A stretch of DNA of 33,458 bases from an uncultured Clostridium sp. (GTDB taxonomy: Bacteria > Bacillota > Clostridia > TANB77 > CAG-508). Below, piece by piece: positions 9,532-21,170 of the stretch. Each line of letters opens with the position of its first letter. Position 1 is the stretch's first letter. Location of the stretch: positions 1-33,458 of the forward strand of contig CAMSEM010000003.1 in the NCBI GenBank assembly GCA_947057505.1, written 5' to 3'. The position numbers and the translations under genes are program-made. Under the pieces are notes generated by a model. That model had not been told where the DNA came from and did not search any database. It saw only the letters and a list, made by a program, of their open reading frames with translations.

Positions 9532-10083
9532 TTAGTCTGCAAAATATCTTTTTAATAATCCATCAAATCCCTTTCCATGACGAGCTTCATCTTTACACAT
9601 TTCATGAACAGTGTCGTGAATTGCATCATATCCAAGTTCTTTTGCTCTAGTTGCAAGTTCTTTTTTGCCCATACAAGCACCATGTTCTGCCATAGCTCTT
9701 AATGATACATTTTTCTTTGTATCTGCATGAACTACTTCTCCTAATAGTTCTGCAAATTTTGCAGCATGTTCTGCTTCTTCATAGGCATATCTTTTAAATG
9801 CTTCAGCTATTTCTGGGTATCCTTCTCTATCTGCTTGGCGGCTCATTGCTAAGTACATACCAACTTCTGTACATTCTCCCATGAAATTTTCTCTTAATCC
9901 TTTTACTACTTCTTCATCTAATCCTTGTGCTACACCTATTACATGTTCATCTGCATACGCTTTTTTAGCGTCCTCTTGTCTTAATTCAAATTTTTCTTTT
10001 GGTGCTCCACATTGTGGGCATTTTTCTGGAGCTTCTTCTCCAAAGTGGATATATCCACATACTTTACATACATATGCTTTCAT
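9532..10083 (-). CDS. Reverse rubrerythrin (NADH peroxidase type)
   Basis: N-terminal rubredoxin CKVCG..CPQCG plus ferritin-like EEAEH/DEARH. Start placed at ATG 10083 from SD aaggagg. Confidence 0.92.
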   Translation of the reverse strand: MKAYVCKVCGYIHFGEEAPEKCPQCGAPKEKFELRQEDAKKAYADEHVIGVAQGLDEEVVKGLRENFMGECTEVGMYLAMSRQADREGYPEIAEAFKRYAYEEAEHAAKFAELLGEVVHADTKKNVSLRAMAEHGACMGKKELATRAKELGYDAIHDTVHEMCKDEARHGKGFDGLLKRYFAD

Positions 10084-10249
10084 TATTTTTTCCTCCTTCA
10101 AATTTTGCCTTGTATTGTGCTTTTATTTTTTCACTTTACTATCATAAGATATTTTATAAAAAATTTCAAGATGTTTTTTTATATTTTTGAAAAAAATGGC
10201 AAAATTGCTATATTACAAGTCTTTTAAGTTTTTACCATTAAATAATAAC

Positions 10250-10280
10250 AAAAATAGCAAGTGTAATCCTTGCTATTTTT
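10250..10280 (-). terminator. tuf terminator
   Basis: aaaaatagcaag-tgtaatc-cttgctattttt. Confidence 0.8.
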
Positions 10281-10297
10281 ATATTTTACTTATTTAA

Positions 10298-11500
10298 TTA
10301 AGCAATAATTTCAGATACAACACCTGAACCTACTGTACGTCCACCTTCACGAATAGCGAATCTTAATCCGTTTTCAATAGCGATTGGAGTAATAAGTTCA
10401 ATTGTCATGTCGATGTTATCACCTGGCATAACCATTTCTGTACCAGCTTGTAATTCGATAACACCTGTAACGTCTGTTGTTCTAAAGTAGAATTGTGGTC
10501 TATATCCATTAAAGAATGGTGTATGACGTCCACCTTCTTCTTTAGTTAGAACGTATACTTGTGCTTTGAATTTTGTATGTGGATGAATTGTTCCTGGTTT
10601 AGCTAATACTTGACCACGTTCAATTTCATCTCTTGTTGTTCCTCTTAATAGAACACCAATGTTATCTCCAGCTTCTGCTTGGTCTAATGTTTTTCTAAAC
10701 ATTTCTACACCAGTAACAACTGTTTTCTTAGATTCATCTGATAATCCAACGATTTCAACTTCTTCTTGAACTTTAACCATTCCTCTTTCAACTCTACCAG
10801 TAACAACTGTTCCTCTACCACTGATTGTCATAACGTCTTCAATTGGCATTAAGAATGGTTGGTCAACTGGTCTTTCTGGTGTTGGAATGTAGCTATCAAC
10901 TGCATCCATTAATTCTTTCATTGGAGCATATACAGGATCGTTAGGATCTGTAGATGTGCTTTCTAATACTTTTAATGAAGAACCTTTAACGATTGGAATT
11001 TCGTCTCCTGGGAAATCATAGCTTGATAATAAGTCTCTAACTTCCATTTCAACTAATTCTAATAGTTCTGGATCGTCAACCATATCGCATTTGTTTAAGT
11101 AAACAACGATATATTTAACACCTACTTGTCTTGCTAAAAGAATGTGCTCTCTTGTTTGAGGCATTGGTCCATCAGCTGCAGAAACAACTAGGATAGCACC
11201 GTCCATTTGAGCAGCACCTGTAATCATGTTTTTAACATAATCAGCGTGTCCTGGGCAGTCAACGTGTGCATAGTGTCTGTTTTCTGTTTCATATTCTACG
11301 TGAGCTGTGTTGATTGTGATTCCTCTTGCTTTTTCTTCTGGAGCACCATCGATTTGGTCATATGCTTTAAATTCAGCATTGCCTATCATTCCTAAGTATT
11401 TTGTAATAGCTGCTGTTGTTGTTGTTTTACCATGGTCAACGTGTCCGATTGTACCAATGTTAACATGTGGCTTTGTTCTTTCAAATTTTGCTTTAGCCAT
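10298..11500 (-). CDS. tuf: Elongation factor Tu
   Basis: [28 protein letters not shown]. Confidence 0.99.
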   Translation of the reverse strand: MAKAKFERTKPHVNIGTIGHVDHGKTTTTAAITKYLGMIGNAEFKAYDQIDGAPEEKARGITINTAHVEYETENRHYAHVDCPGHADYVKNMITGAAQMDGAILVVSAADGPMPQTREHILLARQVGVKYIVVYLNKCDMVDDPELLELVEMEVRDLLSSYDFPGDEIPIVKGSSLKVLESTSTDPNDPVYAPMKELMDAVDSYIPTPERPVDQPFLMPIEDVMTISGRGTVVTGRVERGMVKVQEEVEIVGLSDESKKTVVTGVEMFRKTLDQAEAGDNIGVLLRGTTRDEIERGQVLAKPGTIHPHTKFKAQVYVLTKEEGGRHTPFFNGYRPQFYFRTTDVTGVIELQAGTEMVMPGDNIDMTIELITPIAIENGLRFAIREGGRTVGSGVVSEIIA

Positions 11501-11709
11501 TTTTAATTTCCTCCTTTTAAGTTAGCTGCTAGCAAGCTTGTGAGCTTTACAGATAACTTATACAAAAATACTTTTGCATTTTGTATTCTTTCTAAAAGCT
11601 CCTCTGCTGCTTTTGCTATTTTCTATTTTTTAATATTAAAATTAAGTTAATTGTTAGTGAGTTGGTAAGTTTTATAAGTTACTTATAAAAACTCATTATA
11701 TCTCACTGC

Positions 11710-11748
11710 ACTTGCATTTTATAACATTTAAATTAAAAATGCAAGTGT
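11710..11748 (-). promoter_or_regulatory. Hairpin after fusA that also contains a tuf promoter
   Basis: cacttgcatttt...aaaatgcaagtg inverted repeat; the minus strand reads TTGCAT-17 nt-TAAAAT. Confidence 0.55.
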
Positions 11749-11798
11749 TTTTATTATTTTTATGAACTATTTGCTTTTTAACTATTGTATTTTAGTTT

Positions 11799-13877
11799 TT
11801 ATTTTTTAGCTCTTGATGCAACAATTGTATCAAATACTGATTTTGGAACTTCTTCATAATGACTTGGTTCCATTGAATAAGTACCTCTTCCTTGTGTTTT
11901 TGAACGTAAGTCTGTTGCATAACCAAACATTTCTGATAATGGAATGAAACTTCTAATAATTTGGTTTCCTTGGATTGCTTCCATACCTTCCATTTTACCA
12001 CGTCTTGAGTTTACATCACCTATAACATCTCCCATGTATTCTTCTGGAACTGTTATTTCTACTCTCATGATTGGCTCTAGAATAACTGCTTTTGCTTGTT
12101 TACAACCTTCTTTGAAAGCCATAGAACCGGCAATTTTGAATGCCATTTCTGAAGAGTCAACTTCATGGTATGAACCATCTACGAGTGTAGCTTTAAAGTC
12201 AATTACAGGGTATCCTGCTAAAATACCACTTTCAGCAGCTTCTCTAACACCTTCTTCGATTGGTTTAATGTATTCTTTAGGAACAACACCACCTACGATT
12301 TTGCTTTCAAACTCAATTCCTTTACCTGGCTCTAATGGTTCCATTTCTAGCCATACGTCACCGTATTGTCCACGACCACCAGATTGACGAATGAATTTAC
12401 CTTGTACTTTTACTTTATTTCTAATTGTTTCTTTGTAAGAAACTTGTGGTTTACCTACACTACATTCAACTTTGAATTCTCTTTTTAGACGGTCAACGAT
12501 AATGTCTAAGTGTAATTCACCCATACCTGCAATAATTGTTTGTCCAGATTCTTGATCTGTCCATGTTTTGAATGTTGGATCTTCTTCTGCAAGTTTTGAT
12601 AATGCTATTCCCATTTTTTCGCTATTTGCTTTATCTTTTGGTTCAATAGCAATATCAATAACAGGCTCTGGAAATTCCATTGATTCTAAAATAATTGGAT
12701 GTGCAGGATCACATAATGTATCACCTGTTCCAACATCTTTTAATCCTACTGCTGCTGCAATATCACCTGCATATACTTTATCAATATCTTCTCTGTGATT
12801 TGAGTGCATTAATAGAATTCTTCCCATTCTATCTTTCTTATCTTTATTTGCATTTAAAATTGTTGAACCTGCATCTAATGTACCTGAATATACTCTAAAG
12901 AAGCAGATTTTTCCAACAAATGGATCTGTTGCAATTTTGAATGCTAAAGCTGCAAATGGTTCATTATCAGATGTTTTTCTTTCAGCTTCGTTTCCATCCA
13001 TATCAACACCTTTAATATCTGCAATATCAAGTGGTGATGGCATAAATTCTACAATACTATTTAATAATTCTTGTACACCTTTATTTTTGTATGAAGATCC
13101 ACAGCATACTGGAACAATTTTATTTGCGATTGTTCCGCTTCTAAGACCTTTTCTAATTTCTTCTTCAGATAATTCTTCACCATCTAAATATTTCATCATC
13201 AATTCATCATCTTGTTCAGCTGTTGCTTCTATTAATTTTGCTCTGTATTCTTCTACTTGTGCTTTCATATCTTCTGGTATATCTGTTTCTTCAATTTCTC
13301 TTCCTAAGTCATCTTTATGAATGAAAGCTTTCATTTTAATTAAATCTACAACACCCTTGAAGTTTTCTTCTGCTCCAACTGGTAGTTGAATTGGAACTGC
13401 ATTTGCTTTTAATCTATTTTTTAATTGTTCAACGCAAAGCATAAAATCAGCACCAGTAGTATCCATTTTATTTACATATACCATTCTTGGTACCATGTAT
13501 TTATCTGCTTGTCTCCAAACTGTTTCTGTTTGTGGTTGAACACCACCTTTAGCTGCTAATACCGTTACAGCACCATCAAGTACTTTTAAAGAACGTTGTA
13601 CTTCTACAGTAAAGTCAACGTGTCCAGGGGTATCAATAATATTGATACGATGTCCTAACCATTGACAAGTTGTAGCAGCAGAAGTAATGGTAATACCTCT
13701 TTCTTGTTCTTGAACCATCCAGTCCATTGTTGCTCCACCATCGTGAACCTCACCAATTTTGTGAGTTTTACCTGTATAGAAAAGTATTCTCTCTGTTGTT
13801 GTTGTTTTTCCTGCATCAATGTGAGCCATGATTCCTATATTTCTTGTTTTCTCTAAAGGAAACTCTCTTCCAGCCAC
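11799..13877 (-). CDS. fusA: Elongation factor G
   Basis: [23 protein letters not shown]; GTG start. Confidence 0.99.
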   Translation of the reverse strand: MAGREFPLEKTRNIGIMAHIDAGKTTTTERILFYTGKTHKIGEVHDGGATMDWMVQEQERGITITSAATTCQWLGHRINIIDTPGHVDFTVEVQRSLKVLDGAVTVLAAKGGVQPQTETVWRQADKYMVPRMVYVNKMDTTGADFMLCVEQLKNRLKANAVPIQLPVGAEENFKGVVDLIKMKAFIHKDDLGREIEETDIPEDMKAQVEEYRAKLIEATAEQDDELMMKYLDGEELSEEEIRKGLRSGTIANKIVPVCCGSSYKNKGVQELLNSIVEFMPSPLDIADIKGVDMDGNEAERKTSDNEPFAALAFKIATDPFVGKICFFRVYSGTLDAGSTILNANKDKKDRMGRILLMHSNHREDIDKVYAGDIAAAVGLKDVGTGDTLCDPAHPIILESMEFPEPVIDIAIEPKDKANSEKMGIALSKLAEEDPTFKTWTDQESGQTIIAGMGELHLDIIVDRLKREFKVECSVGKPQVSYKETIRNKVKVQGKFIRQSGGRGQYGDVWLEMEPLEPGKGIEFESKIVGGVVPKEYIKPIEEGVREAAESGILAGYPVIDFKATLVDGSYHEVDSSEMAFKIAGSMAFKEGCKQAKAVILEPIMRVEITVPEEYMGDVIGDVNSRRGKMEGMEAIQGNQIIRSFIPLSEMFGYATDLRSKTQGRGTYSMEPSHYEEVPKSVFDTIVASRAKK

Positions 13878-13989
13878 TTATTTTTCCTCCTTTTTACTAT
13901 TTTTTATAAGTATGCAACTTCAACTTCGTTTCAGTTGCATCAAATAACTGTAAAGCTCGTAAACTCGCTAACAGTTATTAGAATTAGAA

Positions 13990-14460
13990 TTAGAATTTAT
14001 AATGAGCAAAAGCTCTATTTGCTTCAGCCATTTTATGCATATCTTCTTTCTTTTTGAAAGCTCCACCGTTTCCAGCTACAGCATCCATAATTTCGCCAGC
14101 TAGTTTTTCAGCCATAGTTTTTTCATGTCTTTTTCTAGCATAAACTACTAACCATCTTAAACCTAAAGTTTGTCTTCTTTCTGGTCTAATTTCGATTGGT
14201 ACTTGATATGTTGCACCACCAATTCTTCTTGCTTTAACTTCAAGAACTGGCATTACATTTTCAAGTGCTGCTTGGAAAACTTCTAATGCATCTTTTTGCT
14301 CTTTTTCTTTTATGATGTCAAATGCATCATATACGATAGATTGAGCAACTGTTTTTTTACCATCTAACATAACATTGTTAACTAATTTTGTTACAACTTT
14401 GCTATTATATATTGGATCTGGTAAAACTTCTCTTTTTGCTATATATCCTTTTCTTGGCAC
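13990..14460 (-). CDS. rpsG: 30S ribosomal protein S7
   Basis: [22 protein letters not shown]. Confidence 0.99.
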   Translation of the reverse strand: MPRKGYIAKREVLPDPIYNSKVVTKLVNNVMLDGKKTVAQSIVYDAFDIIKEKEQKDALEVFQAALENVMPVLEVKARRIGGATYQVPIEIRPERRQTLGLRWLVVYARKRHEKTMAEKLAGEIMDAVAGNGGAFKKKEDMHKMAEANRAFAHYKF

Positions 14461-14633
14461 TATTCTTCCCTCCTTTTTAAATTTTCATACTATAAAGTAT
14501 TTCGGTACTCTGGAAAACTTTTTGTTTTCCCGTATAGTGCTATATAATTTATTCTAAATTTAAGTACCTTAAATTAGTAATTTTATAGCACCACTTTTTT
14601 GAAACTTTTTTACCTATTTTTTTAATTTTTATC

Positions 14634-14737
14634 AAAAGCGAGTATTACAAGGCATTCAAGATAAAATTTTTGAGATAATACGTATTGTATATCGAAAAAA
14701 TTTTAGTCGAATACTAACACAGTAAGACGAAGCTTTT
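14634..14737. repeat. Nested interrupted palindrome (REP-like) between rpsL and rpsG
   Basis: aaaagc..taaaattttt.gata.atac / gtat.atc.aaaaatttta..gctttt nested arms. Confidence 0.55.
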
Positions 14738-14747
14738 CACAAGAATT

Positions 14748-15161
14748 TTATTTTTTAGGTCTCTTAGCTCCATACTTAGAACGCGCTTGCATTCTATCTT
14801 TTACACCTGCTGTATCTAATGTTCCTCTAATGATGTGGTATCTAACACCTGGAAGGTCTTTTACTCTTCCACCTCTAATTAGAACAACACTATGTTCTTG
14901 TAGGTTATGTCCAATACCTGGAATATATGAAGTAACTTCATATCCATTAGATAGTCTTACTCTGGCTACTTTTCTTAAAGCTGAGTTTGGTTTTTTAGGT
15001 GTTACAGTTTTTACAACAGTACATACACCTCTTTTTTGTGGTGCTCTTTTGTTAGTCATTCTTTTGTTCATAGAATTATAACCATGTTGTAAAGCTGGTG
15101 CTGTTGATTTTGCTTTAGAAGATTTTCTTCCTTTTCTTACTAATTGATTGATTGTTGGCAC
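14748..15161 (-). CDS. rpsL: 30S ribosomal protein S12
   Basis: [26 protein letters not shown]. Confidence 0.99.
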   Translation of the reverse strand: MPTINQLVRKGRKSSKAKSTAPALQHGYNSMNKRMTNKRAPQKRGVCTVVKTVTPKKPNSALRKVARVRLSNGYEVTSYIPGIGHNLQEHSVVLIRGGRVKDLPGVRYHIIRGTLDTAGVKDRMQARSKYGAKRPKK

Positions 15162-15469
15162 TTAAATTTCACCTCTTTTCTTAAATTTGATTATTATTTG
15201 TATGTAGCAAAACCTTTTATATAGGGCTTTACTTTAGCAAATAATTTGAAAACCACTAGTTTTATACATAATTTGCGTATTTTATACTAGCGGTATCTAT
15301 TTTATCATTTTTTTAGGTTAAAGTCAACTATTTTCTAGTCTATTATATAATTATTCCATGTTATGTTACAATGGATGTTACTTTTATAAACTATATTTTT
15401 CTTTTACAATTTACCATTATTTTATGTTTTTGATGTGCAGTAGTCCTAATAGTGTTTACTCTTTCTTAA

Positions 15470-15786
15470 TTAGCGTTCTATTTCTTCTTCTCTTTTTGTT
15501 GTGTATTCTTCTCTAGCTATATTATCATTTGCTTGCATTACTCCATAGATTTTTTGTCTTGTTGTTGTATCAACTACTATATTTTGTAATAATTCTTCTC
15601 TTGCAGTTTTCTTTTCTAATGCCTCTCCTGCATCATTTATAGCAATGTTGTCCTTTTTAATACCTTGTTCTTTCTTCATTGCTTTTCTATAAAGTAATTC
15701 CTTTTTTCTGTCTCAAAATTTGTTTGTTCCTCATCTAAAGTTACATTTTTGGCTTTATAACTTGTATCTTCTATGTTTTTTTCCAT
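15470..15786 (-). CDS. Small hypothetical locus: a 36-aa ORF (15786-15676) overlapping a 69-aa ORF (15679-15470) at ATGA; possibly one frameshifted gene
   Basis: SD-like aggcgggg precedes ATG 15786; both parts are charged and low-complexity. Confidence 0.45.
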
Positions 15787-15802
15787 TTTCCCCGCCTATT
15801 TT

Positions 15803-17272
15803 TTAATCTATCTTTTCTTTTTCTAAATCTTTTAATGCTCTATCTGCTAATTTGGTGTATTTTAATTTTTTGTCTTTTATTTTTTCTGGAAGCTCTGGCA
15901 AAATTCCAAAGTTTGCATTCATTGGCTGAAAGTTACTGCTTGGAGTTGATATATATTTTGCCAAAGCTCCAATCATTGTTGTTTCTGGAAAGACTATTTT
16001 GTTTTCTTTTTGTATTTTTATAGAATTACTCTTTATTACTTCCTCATTTTTTTCACCACTTTTTGTTTTTTGCTCTTTCCATTGATTAGCTGCATTTAGC
16101 GCAGCTACTAAACCAGAGCAAATAGATTCTACATATCCCTCTACTCCTGTAATTTGCCCTGCAAAGTAAATATTTGGATTTAACTTCATTTGGTAATTTT
16201 CATTTAATAATTCTGTAGAATTAATATAGGTATTTCTATGCATCACACCATATTTGGCAAAACTGGCTGTTTCTAGTCCTGGTATCATGCTAAATACTCT
16301 TGCTTGTTCTCCAAATTTTAAATTCGTTTGAAATCCTACCATGTTAAATAAATTGCCTTCTGTATTATCTTGTCTTAATTGCACTATGGCATATGGTCTT
16401 TTACCAGTTCGTGGGTCGGTAAATCCTACTGGTTTTAATGGTCCAAAACGTAAGGTATCTTTTCCCCTTTTTGCCATTATTTCAATTGGCATACATCCTT
16501 CAAAAATTTCTTTTTTTTCAAATTCATGCAAAGTTACTACTTCTGCATTTGTTAAGTTCTCCCAAAATGTTTCATATTCTTCTTGGTTCATAGGTAAATT
16601 TAAATAGTCTGCCTCTATATTTTTATTTAGGCTTTCTTTCCATTCTTCTATGCTTTGTTCTTTTGGTCTTTCTTGTGTATACCTATCTCCCCAAAAAGCA
16701 ATATTCATATTGATAGAGTCCTTTTCTACAATTGGTGCTGCTGCATCGTAAAAATATAGTTTGTCTTGTCCAGTTAAATTTGCTATTTCTCTAGATAAAT
16801 TGTTAGAAGTAAGTGGACCTGTAGCTATAATAACAATTCCGTCTTTTGCCATTTGTTCAATTTCGCTTTGCCAATTTAGCGCTTCACTGTCATTTTGTAC
16901 ATTTCCTATTTCTTTTCGAATAATTTCTACATTTGGCATTTTTTGTAGCTCTTTGGTTACTTTTTTTGCAAATTCTTTACGGTCTACTGCTAAGGCCTGT
17001 CCTGCTGGCACTGCGGTTTCATCTGCTATACGAATTAAAAGAGAATCTAAAGCACGTAGTTCTTCTTTTAATAATCCACAAGCATTGGTGTGTAAGTTTG
17101 ATTTTAATGAATTACTACATACAATTTCTGCTAAATTTTCATTGCTATGTGCTGGTGAAAAATGATTTGGTTTCATTTCATATAGTTTTACTTTTATTCC
17201 TCTTTTTGCTATTTGGTAAGCAGCTTCAGATCCTGCTAAACCTCCACCAATTATACTAATATATTCTTTCAA
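15803..17272 (-). CDS. trmFO: Folate/FAD-dependent tRNA m5U54 methyltransferase
   Basis: IIGGGLAGSEAAYQIA, EIVCSNS, FAGQITGVEGY, FQPMNANFG. Confidence 0.96.
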   Translation of the reverse strand: MKEYISIIGGGLAGSEAAYQIAKRGIKVKLYEMKPNHFSPAHSNENLAEIVCSNSLKSNLHTNACGLLKEELRALDSLLIRIADETAVPAGQALAVDRKEFAKKVTKELQKMPNVEIIRKEIGNVQNDSEALNWQSEIEQMAKDGIVIIATGPLTSNNLSREIANLTGQDKLYFYDAAAPIVEKDSINMNIAFWGDRYTQERPKEQSIEEWKESLNKNIEADYLNLPMNQEEYETFWENLTNAEVVTLHEFEKKEIFEGCMPIEIMAKRGKDTLRFGPLKPVGFTDPRTGKRPYAIVQLRQDNTEGNLFNMVGFQTNLKFGEQARVFSMIPGLETASFAKYGVMHRNTYINSTELLNENYQMKLNPNIYFAGQITGVEGYVESICSGLVAALNAANQWKEQKTKSGEKNEEVIKSNSIKIQKENKIVFPETTMIGALAKYISTPSSNFQPMNANFGILPELPEKIKDKKLKYTKLADRALKDLEKEKID

Positions 17273-17344
17273 AATTGTATCCTCCCTAAATCATTTCTAA
17301 GTTTTAAAATCTTTTGATAAATTTTCTAAATATGTCAATGTGTT

Positions 17345-20329
17345 TTAACCAAAAAGTTCCATAACATCTTCTTTTGTTAATTGATTAATAAATGTATTTT
17401 GTGTAGATAGCATATTATCTATCAATTTTGCTTTTTTTTCTTGCAATTCATATATTTTTTCTTCTATAGAATTTTTGGTAATTAATTTATATACTTGTAC
17501 ATTATTCTTTTGCCCAATTCGATAGGTTCTATCTGTTGCTTGATTTTCTGCTGATATATTCCACCATGGGTCATAATGAATTACCATGTCTGCTCCTGTT
17601 AAGTTTAACCCTGTTCCACCTGCTTTTAAAGAAATTAAAAAGATTTTAATATTTTTGTCTTCATTAAATTTATCTACCAAATTAATTCTATCTGCAACTT
17701 TGGTTTGCCCTGTTAGTTTTAAGTAGGAAATTCCTCGCTTTTTTATTTCTTTTTCTATCATTTCAAACATAGAAGTATAGCCTGAAAATAATAATATTTT
17801 GTGTCCACTTTCTATGGCATCTGTCACAACTTCTATACATTGTTTTAATTTGCTACTTTCTCCTTCATAGTCTTGCAAAAATAGACTTGGATGGCAACAT
17901 ATTTGCCTTAACCTCATTAAAAGTGCTAATATTTTTATTTGGCTATTTTCAAATCCATTTGCTTGTATTTCTTGTGCTACTTCTTTTTTAGCTTGTGCTA
18001 AATACGATAGGTATACTTTTTGTTGTTCTTCTTCCATTTCATTATATAATACTGTAACTGTTTTATCTGGAAGCTCTGTTAATACTTCTTTTTTGATTCT
18101 TCTTAAAACAAATGGTTCTATCATTCTTTTTAAAGTTTGCATAGCTTGTGCATTTTCTTCTTTTATAATTGGTGTTTCATATAGCTCTTTAAATTTACGA
18201 TATTTAAACAAATAGCCAGGCATGATGTAGTCAAAAATAGACCATAGTTCTGAAAGTGAGTTTTCTATTGGAGTTCCTGTTGAGGCAAATCTTGTTTGGG
18301 CTGTAATTTTTTTAATGGCTTTTGCATTTTGTGTATTGTTGTTTTTGATATATTGTGCCTCATCTGCTATCATATATTTAAACTGATAATGATAGCCAGT
18401 ATAAATTTCAATGTCTCTTTTTAGTGAGTCATATGAAGTAATTACTAAATCATATTCTGGTATTTTAGCGATTTTTCTTTGCCTATCTATAGCTGAGCCA
18501 CTAATCACTGTTGCCTTTAAGCTTGGTGTAAATTTCATAGCTTCGCCTAACCAATTTAGAGTAAGCGAACTTGGGCATACTACTAAAGATGGTTTTGCAT
18601 TTTCTTTTTCTTCATTAACATAGGATAAAATTACTGCTAATATTTGAATGGTTTTTCCAAGTCCCATGTCATCTGCTAAAATGCCACCAAATTGATAATT
18701 GTCTAACATTTTTAACCATTGGTACCCTATTTTTTGGTAGACTCTCATTTGCGCATTTAGATTTTCTGGCATACTCACTTCTATTGCTGTTTGATTTTCT
18801 TTTAATTTATCTAGCATGGTTTGGTAGGCATCGTTTGTTTGTATGTGAACATTTTTTAAATTTTTTAGCATTTTATCTAAATATAAGCTTCTATAGCTAG
18901 GGAGTGTAATCATACCCTTTTCTAATTCTTCATAATTTGTATCCATTTCTACTGTTAGTTCTTGTAAGAATTGCATTGTTTGGGTATCTTCTAGTTTTAT
19001 ATAGCTTCCATCTTTTAACCTATGAAATTTCTTTTTTAAGTTGTACTTTTGTAGCATTTGGGATAAATCTGTTAAGTCAATTCCTATTTGAGATAGGTCT
19101 ATTTCTAGTAGGTGATTTTCTAACTTAATACCAACGTTTTGCATATGAAAATTAGTAATTTGTTTTTTTCTAAAACTCTCTGTTGCTAATACTTCATATT
19201 TTTTCATATAGGTTTCTATTTCTTCTGATAAAAAAGAAAATATTTTACTATCATTGGCTAAAATTAGCCTATTATTATTTTTGTCTAACATAAAACCTGT
19301 TTGAATAAACGTATTTAATGCCTCGTTCTCGCCAATCATATTTCTAGCAAAAGATTGATTTTGCCCTAATAATGGGTTAAATTCTTCTTCTCCATAACAA
19401 AATTTAATATCTGCTGTAATATTGTTTAATGCATCATAGTCTAAATAAATTTTAACTGCTAATTTTTTAGGTATACAGCTTTCTTGTATGATTTTAGGAA
19501 GTTTTTGTTTTTGAATGATTTGTTCCATATTGGGTGCTATCATTGCAAAAAAACTAGTTAGTTCTGCTGTATCCATTACAATGGAATTGGTATAATTTTT
19601 ACGTAGTACCTCTAATAATTTTAAGGTAGTGTTTTTAAATTGTTCACTACAGCGGTAAATTGCCTCTGGGCATAGTAGATAAAGGTATTCCTTACCTTGC
19701 AATATTTCATAGCTAAAAACATCAATATTACATTCTAGCTTAAATTCATCATTTTGTACTTGTTCAATATTAAAATGAATATTAGGTTCTTCTGCTTTAA
19801 AACAAATTGTTTTTTCTTTTTCTCCTTTTTGAAATAGCACTTGTTTGTTTTGAAGGCTGTCAAAGAAATCATCCAACCCAGTGTTAGAAATTAAAATACT
19901 ATCTGGTACAAAGTTTTTTGTATAATAGCTATAGCCATTTGCAATTTCATTATTGTATTTCATAATTTCTGCATATTTTAGTAAAAATTGAAGAATTGGC
20001 ATAGATGCTTCTTCAAAGCTTTCTGTTTTATGAATTACATTTAGTTTGTTTCCATATTGGTATACTTCTTGATTTAACATTTTCTCATAAAATTCTGGCA
20101 AGTTTTTTAGCTTGTATAGTTGTTTATCTCCTATTTTAAATTCTACTTTTAGTTGTTTGGTAAATTCGTTGTAAAATATTTTGGGAATTATTTTAATATT
20201 TTGCGCATATTCTTCTTTTTCTTGTGAGCCTTCTAGCTTTTGCTGTTCTGCTTGTATAAAGGTGGTTAGTAACTGTTTAAATACTCTATGATTTTCTTTT
20301 CTGCGAATTTCATTACTATTGTTTACCAT
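17345..20329 (-). CDS. SNF2-family helicase with SNF2-associated N-terminal domain
   Basis: ILADDMGLGKT, DEAQ, TGTPIENS, SLKAGGTGLNL, QATDRTYRIGQ. Start placed at ATG 20329 from SD ggagg. Confidence 0.93.
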   Translation of the reverse strand: MVNNSNEIRRKENHRVFKQLLTTFIQAEQQKLEGSQEKEEYAQNIKIIPKIFYNEFTKQLKVEFKIGDKQLYKLKNLPEFYEKMLNQEVYQYGNKLNVIHKTESFEEASMPILQFLLKYAEIMKYNNEIANGYSYYTKNFVPDSILISNTGLDDFFDSLQNKQVLFQKGEKEKTICFKAEEPNIHFNIEQVQNDEFKLECNIDVFSYEILQGKEYLYLLCPEAIYRCSEQFKNTTLKLLEVLRKNYTNSIVMDTAELTSFFAMIAPNMEQIIQKQKLPKIIQESCIPKKLAVKIYLDYDALNNITADIKFCYGEEEFNPLLGQNQSFARNMIGENEALNTFIQTGFMLDKNNNRLILANDSKIFSFLSEEIETYMKKYEVLATESFRKKQITNFHMQNVGIKLENHLLEIDLSQIGIDLTDLSQMLQKYNLKKKFHRLKDGSYIKLEDTQTMQFLQELTVEMDTNYEELEKGMITLPSYRSLYLDKMLKNLKNVHIQTNDAYQTMLDKLKENQTAIEVSMPENLNAQMRVYQKIGYQWLKMLDNYQFGGILADDMGLGKTIQILAVILSYVNEEKENAKPSLVVCPSSLTLNWLGEAMKFTPSLKATVISGSAIDRQRKIAKIPEYDLVITSYDSLKRDIEIYTGYHYQFKYMIADEAQYIKNNNTQNAKAIKKITAQTRFASTGTPIENSLSELWSIFDYIMPGYLFKYRKFKELYETPIIKEENAQAMQTLKRMIEPFVLRRIKKEVLTELPDKTVTVLYNEMEEEQQKVYLSYLAQAKKEVAQEIQANGFENSQIKILALLMRLRQICCHPSLFLQDYEGESSKLKQCIEVVTDAIESGHKILLFSGYTSMFEMIEKEIKKRGISYLKLTGQTKVADRINLVDKFNEDKNIKIFLISLKAGGTGLNLTGADMVIHYDPWWNISAENQATDRTYRIGQKNNVQVYKLITKNSIEEKIYELQEKKAKLIDNMLSTQNTFINQLTKEDVMELFG

Positions 20330-20569
20330 TGTTTTTAATACCTCCAAATTAGGTTTTAAACCAGAATTTTGCTAGTGTAAAATTATATCATATTATGCTT
20401 AGTTTGGCAATTGCATTTTTTATACTTTTGGAAAATTTTAGGTAATTATTCAATGCTTGTTACTTACCAAAATTGCTATATTACAAGTTTTTTCTTAATG
20501 TTACTAAATATTTACAAATTTTAGACCTTCTTGTAAATAGAATATTGCAAAAATAAAAAGTTGCGGAAT

Positions 20570-20598
20570 TTGACTTTTATGTAAAACTGATGTATGCT
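20570..20598 (+). promoter_or_regulatory. SigA-type promoter for the 20726-21076 gene
   Basis: TTGACT-17 nt-TATGCT. Confidence 0.55.
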
Positions 20599-20725
20599 AT
20601 GAATTAGATACAATTTATATATTAATTCCTATATTCACTAATTAGTGAGGGAACCATTCCTCTTACTTTTTGGTTTTTCATATATAACATGTAGACAACA
20701 ATAAAAGAAAATGGAGGATATAATT

Positions 20726-21076
20726 ATGATTGGAAAATTTGTAGTGTGGTTTATCGTTTATGGGCTCAGTTTTTTGGTATCTAATGTACTTGGCTGGGTA
20801 GAACAAGGGATAGCATTTTTCTACATTTACCTTGGATTTTTAATTCTTTATGGTATTTGTATTATTATATTATTGGTACATGGGAAGCATGTTAATCTTG
20901 CTCCATGTGAAATGGAGCGGCTATTTGATACTATACCCAAAATGCTTATAACATTAGTGATTAACTTATTGGTAACATTCGTAATTACTAAACTTTTTAA
21001 TGTAAATTTTTATGTTGTTTACCAAATTATACTGTTTTGTCAATGTTTAGTTCCCAACATCAAAAAGAACAATTAA
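20726..21076 (+). CDS. Small orphan membrane protein (~4 TM)
   Basis: Hydrophobic ORF; SD ggagg places the start at 20726; in-frame CGG at 20918-20920. Confidence 0.7.
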   Translation: MIGKFVVWFIVYGLSFLVSNVLGWVEQGIAFFYIYLGFLILYGICIIILLVHGKHVNLAPCEMERLFDTIPKMLITLVINLLVTFVITKLFNVNFYVVYQIILFCQCLVPNIKKNN

Positions 21077-21085
21077 CCAAATACA

Positions 21086-21130
21086 AAAAAATTCTTATGA
21101 GAAGATTTAATCTTTCTCATAAGAATTTTC
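21086..21130. terminator. Bidirectional terminator between the orphan and topA
   Basis: aaaattcttatgagaaga-tttaa-tctttctcataagaatttt. Confidence 0.8.
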
Positions 21131-21170
21131 TTTTTATTCTTTACTTTTCTTCTTTGTAGTAGCTTTTTTC

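Noticed and set aside
13875-15161. GTG starts on rpsL, rpsG and fusA
   Set aside because: Non-ATG starts are common in Bacillota and all three have SD sites.
18270-18295. SNF2 motif III reads FASTGTP instead of the usual FALTGTP
   Set aside because: A single substitution with all other helicase motifs intact is not evidence of recoding.
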